Below are positions 1 to 13,190 of a stretch of 57,959 bases of DNA, piece by piece. Source of the stretch: Chromera velia (lineage: Eukaryota); NCBI GenBank assembly GCA_018398765.1, contig JAHBMJ010000063.1:1-57959 (forward strand), read 5' to 3'. Position 1 is the first letter of the stretch; each line of letters opens with the position of its first letter. The translations under genes were made by a program, and so were the position numbers. The notes beneath the pieces are model-generated. The model was not told the origin of the DNA and ran no database searches. It saw only the letters and a program-made list of their open reading frames with translations.

Positions 1-408
1 CCCCCCCCCCCCCCTCTCTCTCTCTGTGTGTGTGTGTGTGTTTGTGCTGTAAGGGAAAAGAAGAGATGGGACAAGAATGATGCAGTCCCTCCCCCCTCCC
101 CTCTCTCTCTTTCTATCTGCGTGTGTGTGGGGGGTCGGGTGTCGGTGTGGGTGTGGGGGTGTGTGGGTGTGTTTGTGCGAGGTGCGCCCTTCACCTCTCA
201 ATGTTGTCTCCTCTCTGTCTTGGTTTCTGGCATGGTATGCGTGGAATTGAGGGTGCCCTGTGTCAAATCATCGGCTTGTCTGTCTGGATTTGGGTATGTG
301 TGTCAGTGCAGGCTGTCTGTACTCAGTATGTGTGTATGTGAGTATGATGATGTGCACTTGTTTGTTTGTACTCGTGAATCTGTTTCTCCATGGATTTCCG
401 CCTTGCAG

Positions 409-3400
409 GTTGATATCTGGGCCCTCGGCTGTCTGCTCTACCTCCTCAGCACCCTGCAGCTCCCTTTCCAGGCCCAGTCTATCAAGGCTCTCGAGGAAGC
501 AATCGTGAACAGACAGCCGCAGCCTCTGCCGATGTCAGTCAGCCGCCTCACTCACTCAAACAAACAAACAAACAAGAGCTCTAGAAGCAGAAGAAACGGT
601 TGTGGAGTGAAAGAACTTGGGGGGATGAAATGAAAATGAAAAGAATGGAAGGAAAGGCAGAAAGAAAGACGAGGAAGGGATGGGAAGGGGGGGAATCGGA
701 CGGAAGGAAAGAAGCAGGAAAAAAAGAGAAAACTGAGGGAGAAAGCAAGGAAGGAAAGAGGGAGTCGAATGGTAGAGAGAAGGAAGGGCCTTCATCAACC
801 ATGAGATAGAGTGATCATGCAATTCTTTTCTTCAGCGTGAGGATGTGTTTAGCGGAGTGCAAGGGAGTGCGTGCGCGCGCGCGCGCGCGTGTCTGTGTGT
901 GCATGTGTGTGCGTGCGTCTGTTGGCGTCATCTGGTGAACATGCATGATTGTTTTCTTGACAGGTTGCAGGACTTTCTGTTTGAAAATCCGAATGTATCC
1001 ATGTACAGAAATATACACGTACAAACATACATGCACCCATACTTTTTGTTTTTCAACTAATCGCAGGACTCTGTCTCTAGAGTGGAGACGGCTGGTGAGC
1101 AAGTTGATGTCCAAAAAGGCAATGGACCGGCCGACGGCCTCTGAAGCTCTGCGGATGTTCCCAGAGCATGTTGAGAAAGAGGTCAATCCCCCTTGCATTT
1201 GCTTTTGCCCCCTACATTTTGTTTGAGGGGAGAATAGATACTGTATGCGTTAAGGAGGAGGTTTCTTGGTGTCTGCCTTTGACTTCGCGCCTGTTTGCCT
1301 GTCTTTCCGTGGGTCTCTCTGATTCTGTCTGCGCGCTCACAGCTTTTCCGGCTCTGATTCGTCTTCTTCTTTTTCTTGTCAACTGCTCTGTACTTGTCTT
1401 TTGTCATCGTCCCGTCAGGCCAGTCGGCCGGCTGGTACGTGCGTAGGTAAGGAGGAACGATTTTGCCTCTTAGAGGATGGCGGCACGCACAAAAACACCC
1501 GGTGATGCTTTTTTCTTAATTGTGTTGAATGACTGCAGTTGGCACAGACTTCGACTGAGGGCTCTGCAGGAGACACGGACCTGTGCCTGAGCCCAAGCCA
1601 GGGCAATGCCGGTGGCCGGAGTCCTCGAGCCGTGTCGCCCCTGCGAACGCGGTCGGATTCCGCAGAGGCCGTCGGTCTGTGGGCCTACGGCTCTCTGTCC
1701 AGGCAGCAGAGGGAACCCAGGGGGGAAGGTCAGAGAGAGACTTCGCTAGGTAGACTGGCTTCTCGGTCTCTTTCTCCGTGCGCTTCTCCCCGGCAGACGG
1801 GCGGGAGCTTTCTCAGAAACAGGGAGATGGACACAAGAATCTTGTCATCTGATGTTAAGGAGGGGGGGGGTGGAGGAGAGAAAGAGGAGTCACACTCCTC
1901 GATAGAGAAGTTCTCCCGAAACGCACCCAAACAAACAGCAGAGAGGCAATCTGGAGAATCCTCACCTGTTCCCCTACCTCCTCAAGGGGTTCAATTTGGT
2001 CGCTCTGCAGCTCCCCCTCTATCAGTTGCCGTCTCCCTGTCTCTCTCTAACAACACTTCCAACACGTCCGCAAGCTCTTCAGGAGACCCTATCTCCTCTC
2101 CGTCTCCGTCTGCCCCATCTCCTGGGGGGGGGGGGCAACGAGATGGGCAGGCCAGAAAAGCTCATTTCAACTCTTCTTCCTCTCCCCCCTGCCATCCTGC
2201 GAACGCGGTGGCACTCCAAGGTCCTGAGGGTCTGAGGGAGACAGAGGGGCTGAAGAAAGAAAATGACAACCCTGTCTCATTCTCCTTCACCTGCCCACCT
2301 GCTGCGGCGACTGGTGGAAATACGGGCCAGAACCCTCATTCAGGAGGAGAGGGGCGTGCACATTCACCCGCACCTCACACACAAGAGGGGGGGAAAGGGG
2401 CAACTCAAACCGGAAAAGGAGCCAAGGACGTCAATCCTGTAGTTTCCCCCACTAGCGCGAAACCCTTGAAGGAATCCCTCGAGAGAGAAAGAGACGACTG
2501 TGTATCCGTCTCTGTATCCACCGCATCACCTTCACCATCATCCGTGCGATCCCCCGACCCCACACCCTCATCACCATCACTTGCCTCCCCTTCCGGGATA
2601 CACCGACTTTCATCCCCTTCTCCCGGCTCCTTGAGAAGCTCGCCATCTGGAGGGAGAACCTCAGTGCCGCTCCCCCTGTCCCCTGCCGGATCAGCTACCT
2701 CACCCCCCTCACTCAGTGTCGCAGGGTCCCCAGACGTCTCTCCGACCCGTCCCAGCAGAAGTTCACCCTCTTCCCAAACACCCGACCACCCCTCTCCCCA
2801 GCCCCCCTTCACCTGCCTCCCAGAACCGCCACCATCCGCATGTCCTCCTCCAAACCAGTCCCACACGCCCATCCACCCCCACCCCCCAGCAGGGAGCCTT
2901 CCCGTTGCTGAATGTGTTAGGCCAGCACCTCTCGCCACTCACCCTTCAACCCCCCCAGCTGCACAGTCCCTATGGGGGGGGCACTCCCAAGCACTAACGC
3001 GAAGACTGCACACAACAGACAGAGAACCCTCAGGGTACCCGTCTTCTTCTTCTTCAGCATGTGATGCCCTTGGAGGAGAAGGGGGCAAGCGTCACCCAGC
3101 CGGACATCATCTCTGTTTGCCTGTAGGTCGGGTTGTTACAGAGGAAGGAGGTCGCCTTCTGCTCACACAGAGCGAACGGGTCATCGGACGAAGTGGAAGC
3201 GGTGGAGGAGACGCGGGGGGGCTCTCCAGCCCCTCAGCGGCTGCATCCATGACACCGCATCACCATCCGTCGTCTCCTTCTTTCTCTTCTGGGTGTTCTC
3301 CCAGTGAAAGAGGAGGACAGGGGTTTGTTTCTGTTTGTAGTCCGTCTGCTGCAGTGGGTGCAGGCGTCTCCGTCCCCGTGAGTGCGGGCAAGAGCCTCCT

Positions 3401-4601
3401 CCGTCCCTCAGGGTCCCCCAGGGGACCCGCCACATCTGGGGCCGCTTCTTCTTCGAGTACGTGCCCCGGCAACACGGGGGGTCTTTCGTGCAGTAGAGGG
3501 CCCGTGTTAGGTATTCGGAACCCTGCATTTTTTGCCGGGAAAGCTGGGTTGAGCTCTTCGGCAGTTGGTTCGCTCGAAGCGTCTGCCCCTCCTGTACAGG
3601 TGCAGAGGGGGAGAGGCCTAGAGAGGGATATGGAAAGAGGCACAGAAAGAGAGAGGGGAAGAAGAAATTCTGCGCAGAGGCAGTCGAAGAAAAAATCTGC
3701 TGCAACGGGCGGCAGTGCAGCAAATCGCGCGGTCAGCGCGCCTCGCTTTGTCTTCCCCCCCTTCCCCAATCCGAACGTAGTAGGATCGTCTGGGGCGGTG
3801 GCGGCGACAGCTGGGGTATTCCCAGGGTCTCCCCCGGGCTCTACTGACGCACGCGACACACCCACAAGCGGTCTACCATCTGTGGCCGCGAAAGGTCCTC
3901 GTGAAGTGATTTCGGGAGGGGGCGGGGGCAGTGAGCCGGGAAAGCGAAATGTTGTTGGAGGGGTAGTGCCCCGTGTGCAGTTGCCGCTAGGTCAGGCGAC
4001 CCACTTGTCTTCCGGCAGCGGCCAGAGAGTTCCGGTCCCTGCTCTCCCCAAGGGGGGTGGGGTGACGGCAGGTGGGGTTGAGGGGTCAACGACCAAAACC
4101 GCACCCCTGAGGTCCACAACATCACCCCTTGCAACATCTCCACGTCTCCGTCAACGCCTCGTCGACCCTCTTGCGTACAGACCCAGGCGACTGATGACGG
4201 TCCCCTCGCTGGACGGCAGCGACGGGTCGAAGGGAACCGCTCCGCCTTCGGGAGCGGCGGCCTCGTCGGGGCTTTGTGTAGACATTTCTGGCCCTGCAGC
4301 CGTCAAGAGAAAGGCCCCGGCAGGTGCCGCAGTTTCCCCCTCGAGGGCACTCCAGCAAAAGGAGGTAAGGGGGGGCCCCGGCATGCCTCTGTTAGCAGAC
4401 GCAGCTGGAACGGTTCCCGCGTTGGCTGCGTCCGCCTTTCCCTCCGCTGGGCCCTCGTGCCATACAGGGGCCCTCAGTGACAGAGGGGGGACGCCCGTGT
4501 CTATGATGATATCCCAGGCTGCAGCAGAAGCGCCTCAGGGTGCGCGCGACATCGCAGCAGCTGGAGCTGGGTCGGGGCCTGCTGCTGGGTTGTATGCTTG
4601 A
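409..4601 (+). CDS. Ser/Thr protein kinase (NEK-like), 3' part; 5' exons lie upstream of the window. Exons 409-533, 1067-1181, 1539-4601
   Basis: The spliced frame gives VDIWALGCLLYLLSTLQLPF (subdomain IX) and LMSKKAMDRPTASEAL (subdomain XI). GT-AG boundaries have compatible phases. A ~1020-aa S/P/G-rich low-complexity tail ends at TGA 4601. The NEK assignment is a motif-style inference. Confidence 0.8.
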
Positions 4602-6298
4602 CAGCAGAGTGAATGAATGAGGTGGCGCATAGACACGTCCTCTGTTGTTGTAGGTCAAAGGGCAAAAGGGCGGAAATCTGTATCGTTGTGTAAATGTGAA
4701 GGATGAGAGAGGGTGATCTCTTTTTCTACCAACTCCTATTATTCTCTTCTAACTGCCCAGTCGCCTTTTTGAAATATACAGAAGACGAGGAAGAAGCTCT
4801 TGTAGTCGGTGCGTCTGGTTGTCCTCTTCATGAAATTGATTCATACAACTTTTCTATTGCTGAAATTGGGGGTTGCAAGAAAAGATTCTTTCTTTTGCCT
4901 AGGCGGGGACATCAGAAAGAAACATATGTCGGCAAAAGAGAGAAGACAATGAAGGTTTCCTTGTTGGTCCGGTATGGAACAGAAGAGCACAACGGGTGTT
5001 TGACGAAAAGTAATTAAGGGCAAAAGACGAAGGAAGCAACAAAAGGGGGAAAGAGAGAGAGGGCGGGGGGGGCAGAGTGCAGGACAACAGAAGGTTCTCA
5101 GCCCTTCCTCACTCTATCCATCCATTCCTTCCTTCTCCAAATGTTAGACGAAAAAAGCAAAGAAATACAGACACAGGTACAGAGACGTGTGTGTAGAAGA
5201 GGGAGGAAATGCAAGAAGAACAGCAGGCTGGCTCGATCCGGCCTCTTGTTTTCATACCAACATGTAAAGAAACATTCAAGAAGGAAGCAAAGAATCATCA
5301 TCTGCGGGAGACGGATGGTCTGTAGATACAAGACAGAAAGGGAGAGATCTCTTCCTTCCTCTTTCTCTCCTTTTTTCTCTTTCCATCTGTCGGGGGTCAT
5401 CCCTGCCCTTCTCTCTCTCTCTTCGCTCATGCAAGCGGAAAAAGTTCTTCCGGCTGCATGTATCTGTACTCACTCTGTCTTCTGCCTTAATCGACCTTCC
5501 AGGTTGTTGTATAGACACAGAAAGAAAGACAAGATCGTGCCCACCAATGGACAGAAGAGAACGAAGGAATCTGAAGGAAGGAGACCGATCAGAGAGAGAG
5601 TTGAGTTGTTTGGTTTGGTCGGTGCATGGCTGGAAGAACTCCGCCTTCCTGCCTGCCCCTCTGTTGTTGATCTTTCCCTTTCTTTTTGTCCACCGCCAGC
5701 AAAACGTTCTGTCCGATCAACCGCCTCACCAAAAGTGCAGTGCCGCACTGATCCGCTTCTTCGTGCGTTTCCATTTGGTCTTTGTCTGCTTCGCCTCCAG
5801 GACCATACGTCCGTTCTGTCCGTAGGGAAGATGCTGTTCGCTCTGTATGCAAAAGATGCAAAAGATGTGGACAGATTGTGGAAGTGGGCAGAAAGTCTCT
5901 TCCTCTTTCTTATTCCTTTCCCTTCGTTTGCCCCTTTGTCTGCTTTGTGCAGGGCACATGCGTTGTTTTGTACTGTTTTGGAGAATGCTTTTTGTCTGTC
6001 TATCTGTCTGTTTGTCTGTCTGTCTGTTTGTCTGTTTTGTGTGTGTGTGTGTGTGTGTGTGTGGTTGTGTTCCTTCCATCAAAAAGAGAAAAAACAACGA
6101 AAATAGCTAGGTCGAAAAATCCTCGCAATTTCGGATCCACTGGTAGCCTGAGTAGAGCGAAACGGAAATTACTTGTCAAGATTGATGTAAGACCACCTAT
6201 CTGATTCAGATGCATCAGCGTGAGTCTTTGTGTATGTGGCGACATTTTGCTCTGATCTTGCTTGTGAATGTTCATTGAGCAAGTGTTCGTTGAACTTG

Positions 6299-6351
<53 letters not shown>

Positions 6352-9300
6352 CTGACGTACCTCTGCTGGTAGACTATGGAGAGCGAGGTGGAAGGAAGGA
6401 GGAAAGCATAAGAAAAGAGAAGAGAAGAGAAGAAGAGAAGGAACAGATCAAGGTGAGAGAGAGGGAGAAGTAACGGAGAGATTGATATGGTAGGATGTGA
6501 GAGGGGCCGAAACGGAAAAAAATATATATTCACGTGCAAGGCGGCCCGACAGGAAGGAAGCCTTGAACGACAGTAAAGAAGCAGGCAAAAGAAAGGAAAG
6601 GAAGCCAAAACTCTGTGAGGGGGGCCAACGGAAGACTGAGGGGGTGCTCTCGGTCGCTTCCTCTTTTCTTTCTCACAGCTGAATCGGCCTACTTTGCTTT
6701 CCTTTTCTGTCTGTCCAGCTCTCTTTTTCCCCTGTGTATATCGATACTCTTCTCTTCGTCCCCCCCTGCATGGACCTTGTGCAGTGAATATCTTCTCCCG
6801 CTTCCTTTCTTCCGGAACCTCTCTCCTCCTCCAAACAGGTAAAGACATCAGACAATCCCAACTTTCGCGAGACTCAAGAAGTTACTGTGAAACATAGAAA
6901 TGGAGAAAGAAAAAAGACGGAAGGAGTGAAAGAGAAGCATACAGGAAACGGGTCAGCGGGCAAGAGAATCCAGGGATGGTTGAGGCCTTCTCACAAGAAG
7001 CGTTGGGGGGGAGGCCTGAGGAAGAAGACTAAATGTCGATAAATAAAGTTAGATCTAGCCCAAACGATACAGTGCTTGGAAAAGGGACAGCTAGGCCTGG
7101 TCAGACCTGACCGAGCGAGCCGCCGTCCATCTGTCCATCTATCTCTCTCTCTCATGTCACGCCTCAATCCCTTTCCTCCTCCACTCATCCATTCAAGCAA
7201 ACCCGCCTGCATGCCTGCATGCATGCATTCGGTTGCTTCCCTGGGGAGCTACCGGCCGGATCTCAGGCTGAACAGCTCCTTCGTTCCTCTTTTTTCTTCA
7301 CCTTTTCCCCCCCTCTATTCAGAGAGAGTGCTGCTCGACCATCTGCAGGTCTTCACCCTCTCCCCAAATCAGGTACGTGGAGATGGGATGGGGTGAGGGG
7401 GGGAGGGGTGCTTTGGTGAGCAATAAAACAGTGGTAGAAACAGCTCGTTCAAATATACAGGGATCGCACCCTGGGTGGTAAGCCGGAAACATAATCAGGT
7501 GACTGAATGTCTTTCGTGTGTGCGTGTACGTGAGAGTGTGTGTGTGGTTGGGTGGTTGGGATTCCGCATCAGAGGGGAGAGTAGAAGGGTGGGCAAAGGA
7601 ATGAATGTAATCCAAGTCAGTGATGAGGCAAGTCGCGGTTGAAATGGGAAAGAGAAAGAGGGAAAGACTTGGGGGAGGGATGACCTCGACCTCCCTTCTT
7701 TCGATCAGCACCCGATCGTGCAGTCAGTCAGGCAGGCAGGCAGGCACTTTCTTGTCCATTCTCCCCTCAGCCTTCTTAATTGTCTCCAGGCAAGCAGCTC
7801 GATTTCGAGGATCCTCCCCCCCCCTCCTGTAGGTCCTTCCTGTACAGAGTTCCCTCTGAGTGAGTCTCTCTCCCTGCCTGCCTGCCTGCTTCCGTCTCAT
7901 ACGCCTCTCTCTTGCTTTGAAGAAACGGACGACGGTCTGTCTACAGAAGAAGCGATGAAAGGAGGGCGAAAGACGAGTACGAAAAACCCACAACAATGAA
8001 GAGAGAATAGATCTGGCAGCTGAGCAGAGGAAGGGGATCGTTGTTGAGCCACACACCCTCTGTCTCATTGCAAAAATATTTCTTTGTCTCTGTGTGTCAG
8101 GAGACTCCTGTGCGCCACCTTCAGTACAGACCCCCTCCCCCCGGCCATGTCGATCCACTGACTGTTTCACCGTTCAATCAAATGACCTCGACAGGAGCAC
8201 GGAGGAAGAAAGGGAAAGGTGGGCGGGGTGCTTCAGGTTGAAGCGGCAGATAATCAGAGAGGAAGGAAGAGAAACTTGATGTTTAGCAGCAGATCGACTC
8301 AACCGAGTCAAATCTGCGAATGGGACTGTCAAGAAGAAGAAGAAGAAGTCGGAAGAGACTGATCCTTGGATGACCCCTGTTGGTGCTTCCTTCTCTTCTC
8401 TTCTCTTCTCTTCTCTGTGGTGGGTGAGTCTATCGATAGGCGTGAGTTAGGCCCCCCGGCAAGCATGGTGGTCGGCGTACAGGCCGAATGAAGAGAAAAG
8501 AGAGAAGAGAAGAGAAGAGAACGGAGACAGAGCAAGGTCGAAATCAGAAGACCCAGAGAGAATGACAGGGGAGGGAAGAAGGCACAGATAGAGAAAAGGC
8601 AGCAAGACATGATTGGATGGATCTGTTTGACTGCCTGCCAGCCTGCATTTTCTTGCCTGTGCGACTGTCAATAGGGGACTTTTTTTTTGGTGTCCACGAC
8701 GGTCTGATCTGTGTATGTTTCCTTCGGTAGGATCCTTGCGTGCAAGTGATTGATGACCGAGTAAATAAGTGGACGGATGGATGGATGAATGGATGGATGG
8801 ATGGATGGAGGGAGGGATCCGTGGAAGGATTGAACAGTCCGAGAGGGTGGGTTGGGAAGAGACGGACTCGATCTTCTGATCAGTCACTGGTTTTGGTTAC
8901 GAATGCAAAAAAAGAAAAGAAATTGTGAACGAACGAAGTTGTTTGCATGCTAAGGAAGAATCAACGTAAGAAGAATTTCTTCTCCTCCCCCCTCTCTATT
9001 CACGATATGTTTTGCTCTCTCTCTTTTTTGCCTCGCGTTTCACTTACCTCCTTTTGCTTCCCATGTAATGTCGTTTCTCGCCTGTTTTCGTCTTCGTCTC
9101 TCTCCCCGCCCCCTAGCCCCATCTGGTACCCTCTCTTTCCCGTACGTTCTTGACCGCGTTGCTCTTCTGTTTGAAGACTTCAAGTCACATGCACACGCCC
9201 TCCCTGTTCGCCCCCCCCCCCCCCNGTCTTGATTTGATCACGCCAGCAATTTGTCTCGCGGTAGCCAGCCACGAAGATTCTTTTTTCTGTAGGGATCCGT

Positions 9301-10151
9301 TCCATTCAGAGAGCAAAAACACGGACCAGCCGAAAACGTCCGTTGTTTTTTGGCATTTTCCTTTTCCTTTTCCCACCACGTTTCTCGTCCTCAGAGTGGA
9401 CTTTCTTTCCGCCTGCTCGCCAGATTGCGCACTTTTGTTTTTCTTTCACAATTCAGTCAACAAACTTTGTCCGGAGTCAACCTTGTAGCTGCCTTCATGT
9501 CACTCTGCCTGCCTGTCTGTCTGTGTGTGTCTGTAAGCGGAAGGGAGGGAGAGACAGATGAAGGCACTTCATTTCTTCGTGAACGTGTGTACGTCGTGCG
9601 TGTGTGCAGTCATGCAGTGTGTGACAGAGTTAGAATGCTTGCAAGGGAAGAGACCGGAGGGACAGACCAGGGGAGACCCGGCGGCCGTGCCCTCTCTCTG
9701 TGTCTGTGTGTGCGTAGAAGGGGAGAGATGTGGAAAGGCATAACTCGAAAGAGAGTGGAACGATGAGGATTCAGGCCTTTCTCCGCCGCCTCTTCAGAGT
9801 CAATCCGCCCAGGCAGAAGAGTTGCTTTCTTTCACTGGTGGCTCTTCTTCGAAAGATTTGATGAAGAAAGAGAACGGAAAGAAAGGCATTACGACCGAAA
9901 CAAGTTTCAGACACGGTGCGATTGGTTGGAAAACAAGGAAGGACGTAGCGCTTTTATCCTTTTTATTTTCGGCGTCTCTTTTGCCTGCTTTCTCTCTTTC
10001 TTTCGTCCACTGCCCTTTGCACCTGGCCACTCGCGGGCTTAGACCTCAAATACGTATTTTGTTCGATCACCCGGTGCTGCAGTCAGACGGATCGATACGC
10101 CAGCAGCGGATTGTGAAGCGCATGCCAAAAGGATTATCGTTCTCTGTCTGA

Positions 10152-10195
<44 letters not shown>

Positions 10196-10536
10196 GCATG
10201 AGGCTCTGTGTGGCACGCACCATGCATGGTCGCCCTCGACAATGAAATTGTGGGTCCATTGCTTCTTTTGTCCGATTCAATCGATGTGTGAATGAATCGA
10301 TGGGTGGACAATGTTTTCTTTTTCTTTCTCTAATTTCTTCTTTCTTTCTTTCTTTCTTCTCTTTCTCTCTCTCTTTCCAATAAGACAGTCTGATCCCGAC
10401 CCTTGCCAGCATCGTTTTTGTCATTTTTGTGTTCGTTCGATCGACCCTGCGTGTGGACTTTGTTTGGTTCGAAGCACCTACGACCGCGTATGTCATTCCT
10501 CATTTCTTGTGCGAGTGCAGCAGAGCAGTGATGGCT

Positions 10537-10570
<34 letters not shown>

Positions 10571-13190
10571 AAAGCGAGTCGTTCTTGTTGTGTCTATCGC
10601 GTGGCTTGTTTGTGGACGGAGCACTGAGAGGAAAAAGAAGATGTCCGAGTTCCCTTCAGGCAGGAAGAAAGAATGAATAAAATGCGTGCTGTTTTGACTC
10701 CTCACGCAAGTGCCTTCCCTTGTCCACTCCAACGTCCCCCTTGTTCGCTCCTGGCGCGCGGCTGTTCTCTTTTTGCGTAAAAAGCCCTTCCATTTCCCTG
10801 TCTCCCTCTTTGCCTCCCTCCGATACACATGAATAGTTTTCCATCCGCTCTTCGGAGCACACAAGAAGGAGCCGGAGGAGCAGCCACAGAGGCAGTCGCG
10901 ACACAAAAAGGCACTCTAGGCACCCATGCAGCATTATTGGATTCGTTTCATGGGTGCAGTGCGGTGGGGTTCTTTCTCACTTCTTTGCATCCATGAATCG
11001 GGTCTGGCGGTTTCTTCTCTCTCGGCTGAGCAGAAAAGAGAAAACCAGGGTGCCAAAACGACTATTCCTGTTGACCAAACAAACAATAAGGCAAGAAGAG
11101 AAACTGAAGAGGAAAACGCTCTGTAGAGAGAGACTAAGGAATAATGCTAGTAAGGAAGAAGAGGAGCAATGGAAGGACAAAAGAAAGTTTGACAGAGAGA
11201 CATTGTTAGTCTGTCGATGTGCTGGCTGGCTTCCGCCACTTCTGCTTTTTCTGTTATTATTTTCTTTTCGTCTGTCTGTCTACATCAGTCTGTCGTCTGG
11301 CACCATTCCACTCAAAAACCGGAAAAACACGATACGGTTGTTTGTCTTGGGAGAGAACACATGGGAAAGAGATCAGAAGAGTCAAGCAGAAAGAATCGCT
11401 CTCCTCCCCCACTCACTGTTTATAAAAAAGACGTTGAAAGGGATGCACACAACAACACTTCGGAATCCACAAGAGGAGGAGAGAGAAGCAGAGAGGAAAA
11501 AGAAAACAATGAAAAGGAGCAAACGACCAAGACGTGGAAAAAACAAATTTGAAAGACTGTATATCCAAGTAGCACTGCGTTATTCTCTCCGTCCGTCTCG
11601 CCATACTCTTTCGCTCTCTTCTCTCTTTCTCCCTGCGCCTTTTCTCCTCCACCTTTCTCTCTTCTCTGCTGTGGATTCGTGCTGCCTGCCTGCATGCCTT
11701 TTTCCTCTAATGCACATATATGCATTCATCTGCACTGCCCTCGATGGTAGACAGACGATCGAACAACCTAACAGGGAGGAGGGGATCTCCTCCCGGCTGC
11801 GTGCGTCAGTCTGGTTGATCAATCGATGTGCATGAATCGATGATTTAGCCGAGTTTTCTGGTGAATTTTCGAATTGAGAGAAGAGAAAAGGTCGGGGCGC
11901 AGGTTGGGAGAGAGGGGAGGACTGTTTGCAGCCACTAGAGAATACGCGAGACTCGTGCAGTGTTTGAAAAGAAAGCCTAAAGTTACCCCCGATGATCGAT
12001 TGAGTCCATCTGCTAATGTGGAAGACGGCAGGTAACAAAAGGAGGAGGTGTTGATAGGGGCTGATCAAAGAACATCATGCAAAACGCTAAAAAGGACATA
12101 TACAGAGGTGGGGTAACCCGTTCGATCGATCAAGTGTGCAAAAGAAAGTTGGAATTGATGATCGGTCGAGTGAGAGGTGTTACGCCGCCGGTGCGGGTAA
12201 GTTCCCAGGGTGACTGTGGGCCCTATGTTTCTCTGGGATTCAATGTGTGACTCGTTGTATAAAAACAAATTTGAATGAATGTGTTTCAATTATTTCCTAG
12301 ATCATTTAATTTTAATCGTCGCAAAAGCTGTGAGTGTGTTCGCTCTGTGATTTTATATCATAATATAATCATCATCATATGTCATCTCCACCGGCGTTTT
12401 CAAAGGTGTGCTGACCAGCTTTAAGTGACTCAATTCATTCAAATTTATATTTGAAAATATCTTCCCAATTTGTTATAAGCCGGATATTAAAAGCTGGTCC
12501 GGGGGTACGTTTAGACTCTAAAAGGCATGCACGGAATCTTGTTGTTTAATTTTAAAATATGTTTTTCATTTTATATTGCTTTATTGATTGATTGATTGAT
12601 TGATTGATATGTTCCGCCCTAGGGCTTTAATTAAATTAAGCTAGAAATTAAGACTTCCCTTTACACTAATCCGTGGATATACGTCGTGGTCCTGACAAAG
12701 ATTGAAGGCAATGGCACCACGTTGTTCTAGAGACTGTTAAATTACTAGCATTTATCAATTGATATATAATTAAATTAATAAAATATATAGTGAAATAGTT
12801 AAAATGCATTCCACGAATCTACGTTTAAAAAACTGTTTCTAGAACCGTTCAATACATATATGCTGAGATGTAAACTAGGACCCAACCAACCTTTAAACCA
12901 GGGATGTAAGGACTAGGCTAGGGTGCAAAGCAACTTAGCAATAAACGACTTTATGATTTGACCATGACTATCTGTGCGTTTCGCAATTGAGGAGGGATAT
13001 CACTGGAATAAAAAAAATATAATGCCGTGTCAATGCGCAGGAATGACAAAAGCAAACAAAAACGTTAGGAAAAAAACTCTGACAATTTGATATAAATGAA
13101 TGAATTCTTTGCCCATGATAGCATTTCTAGCTGCATTCTGGCGTGTCTGCAGCACCTCCAGCTACAAGTTTTTACCTCAGACAGAAACAG

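Noticed and set aside
5141..6848. 321-aa and 282-aa ORFs
   Set aside because: Low-complexity, cross microsatellites, with no motifs or codon bias.
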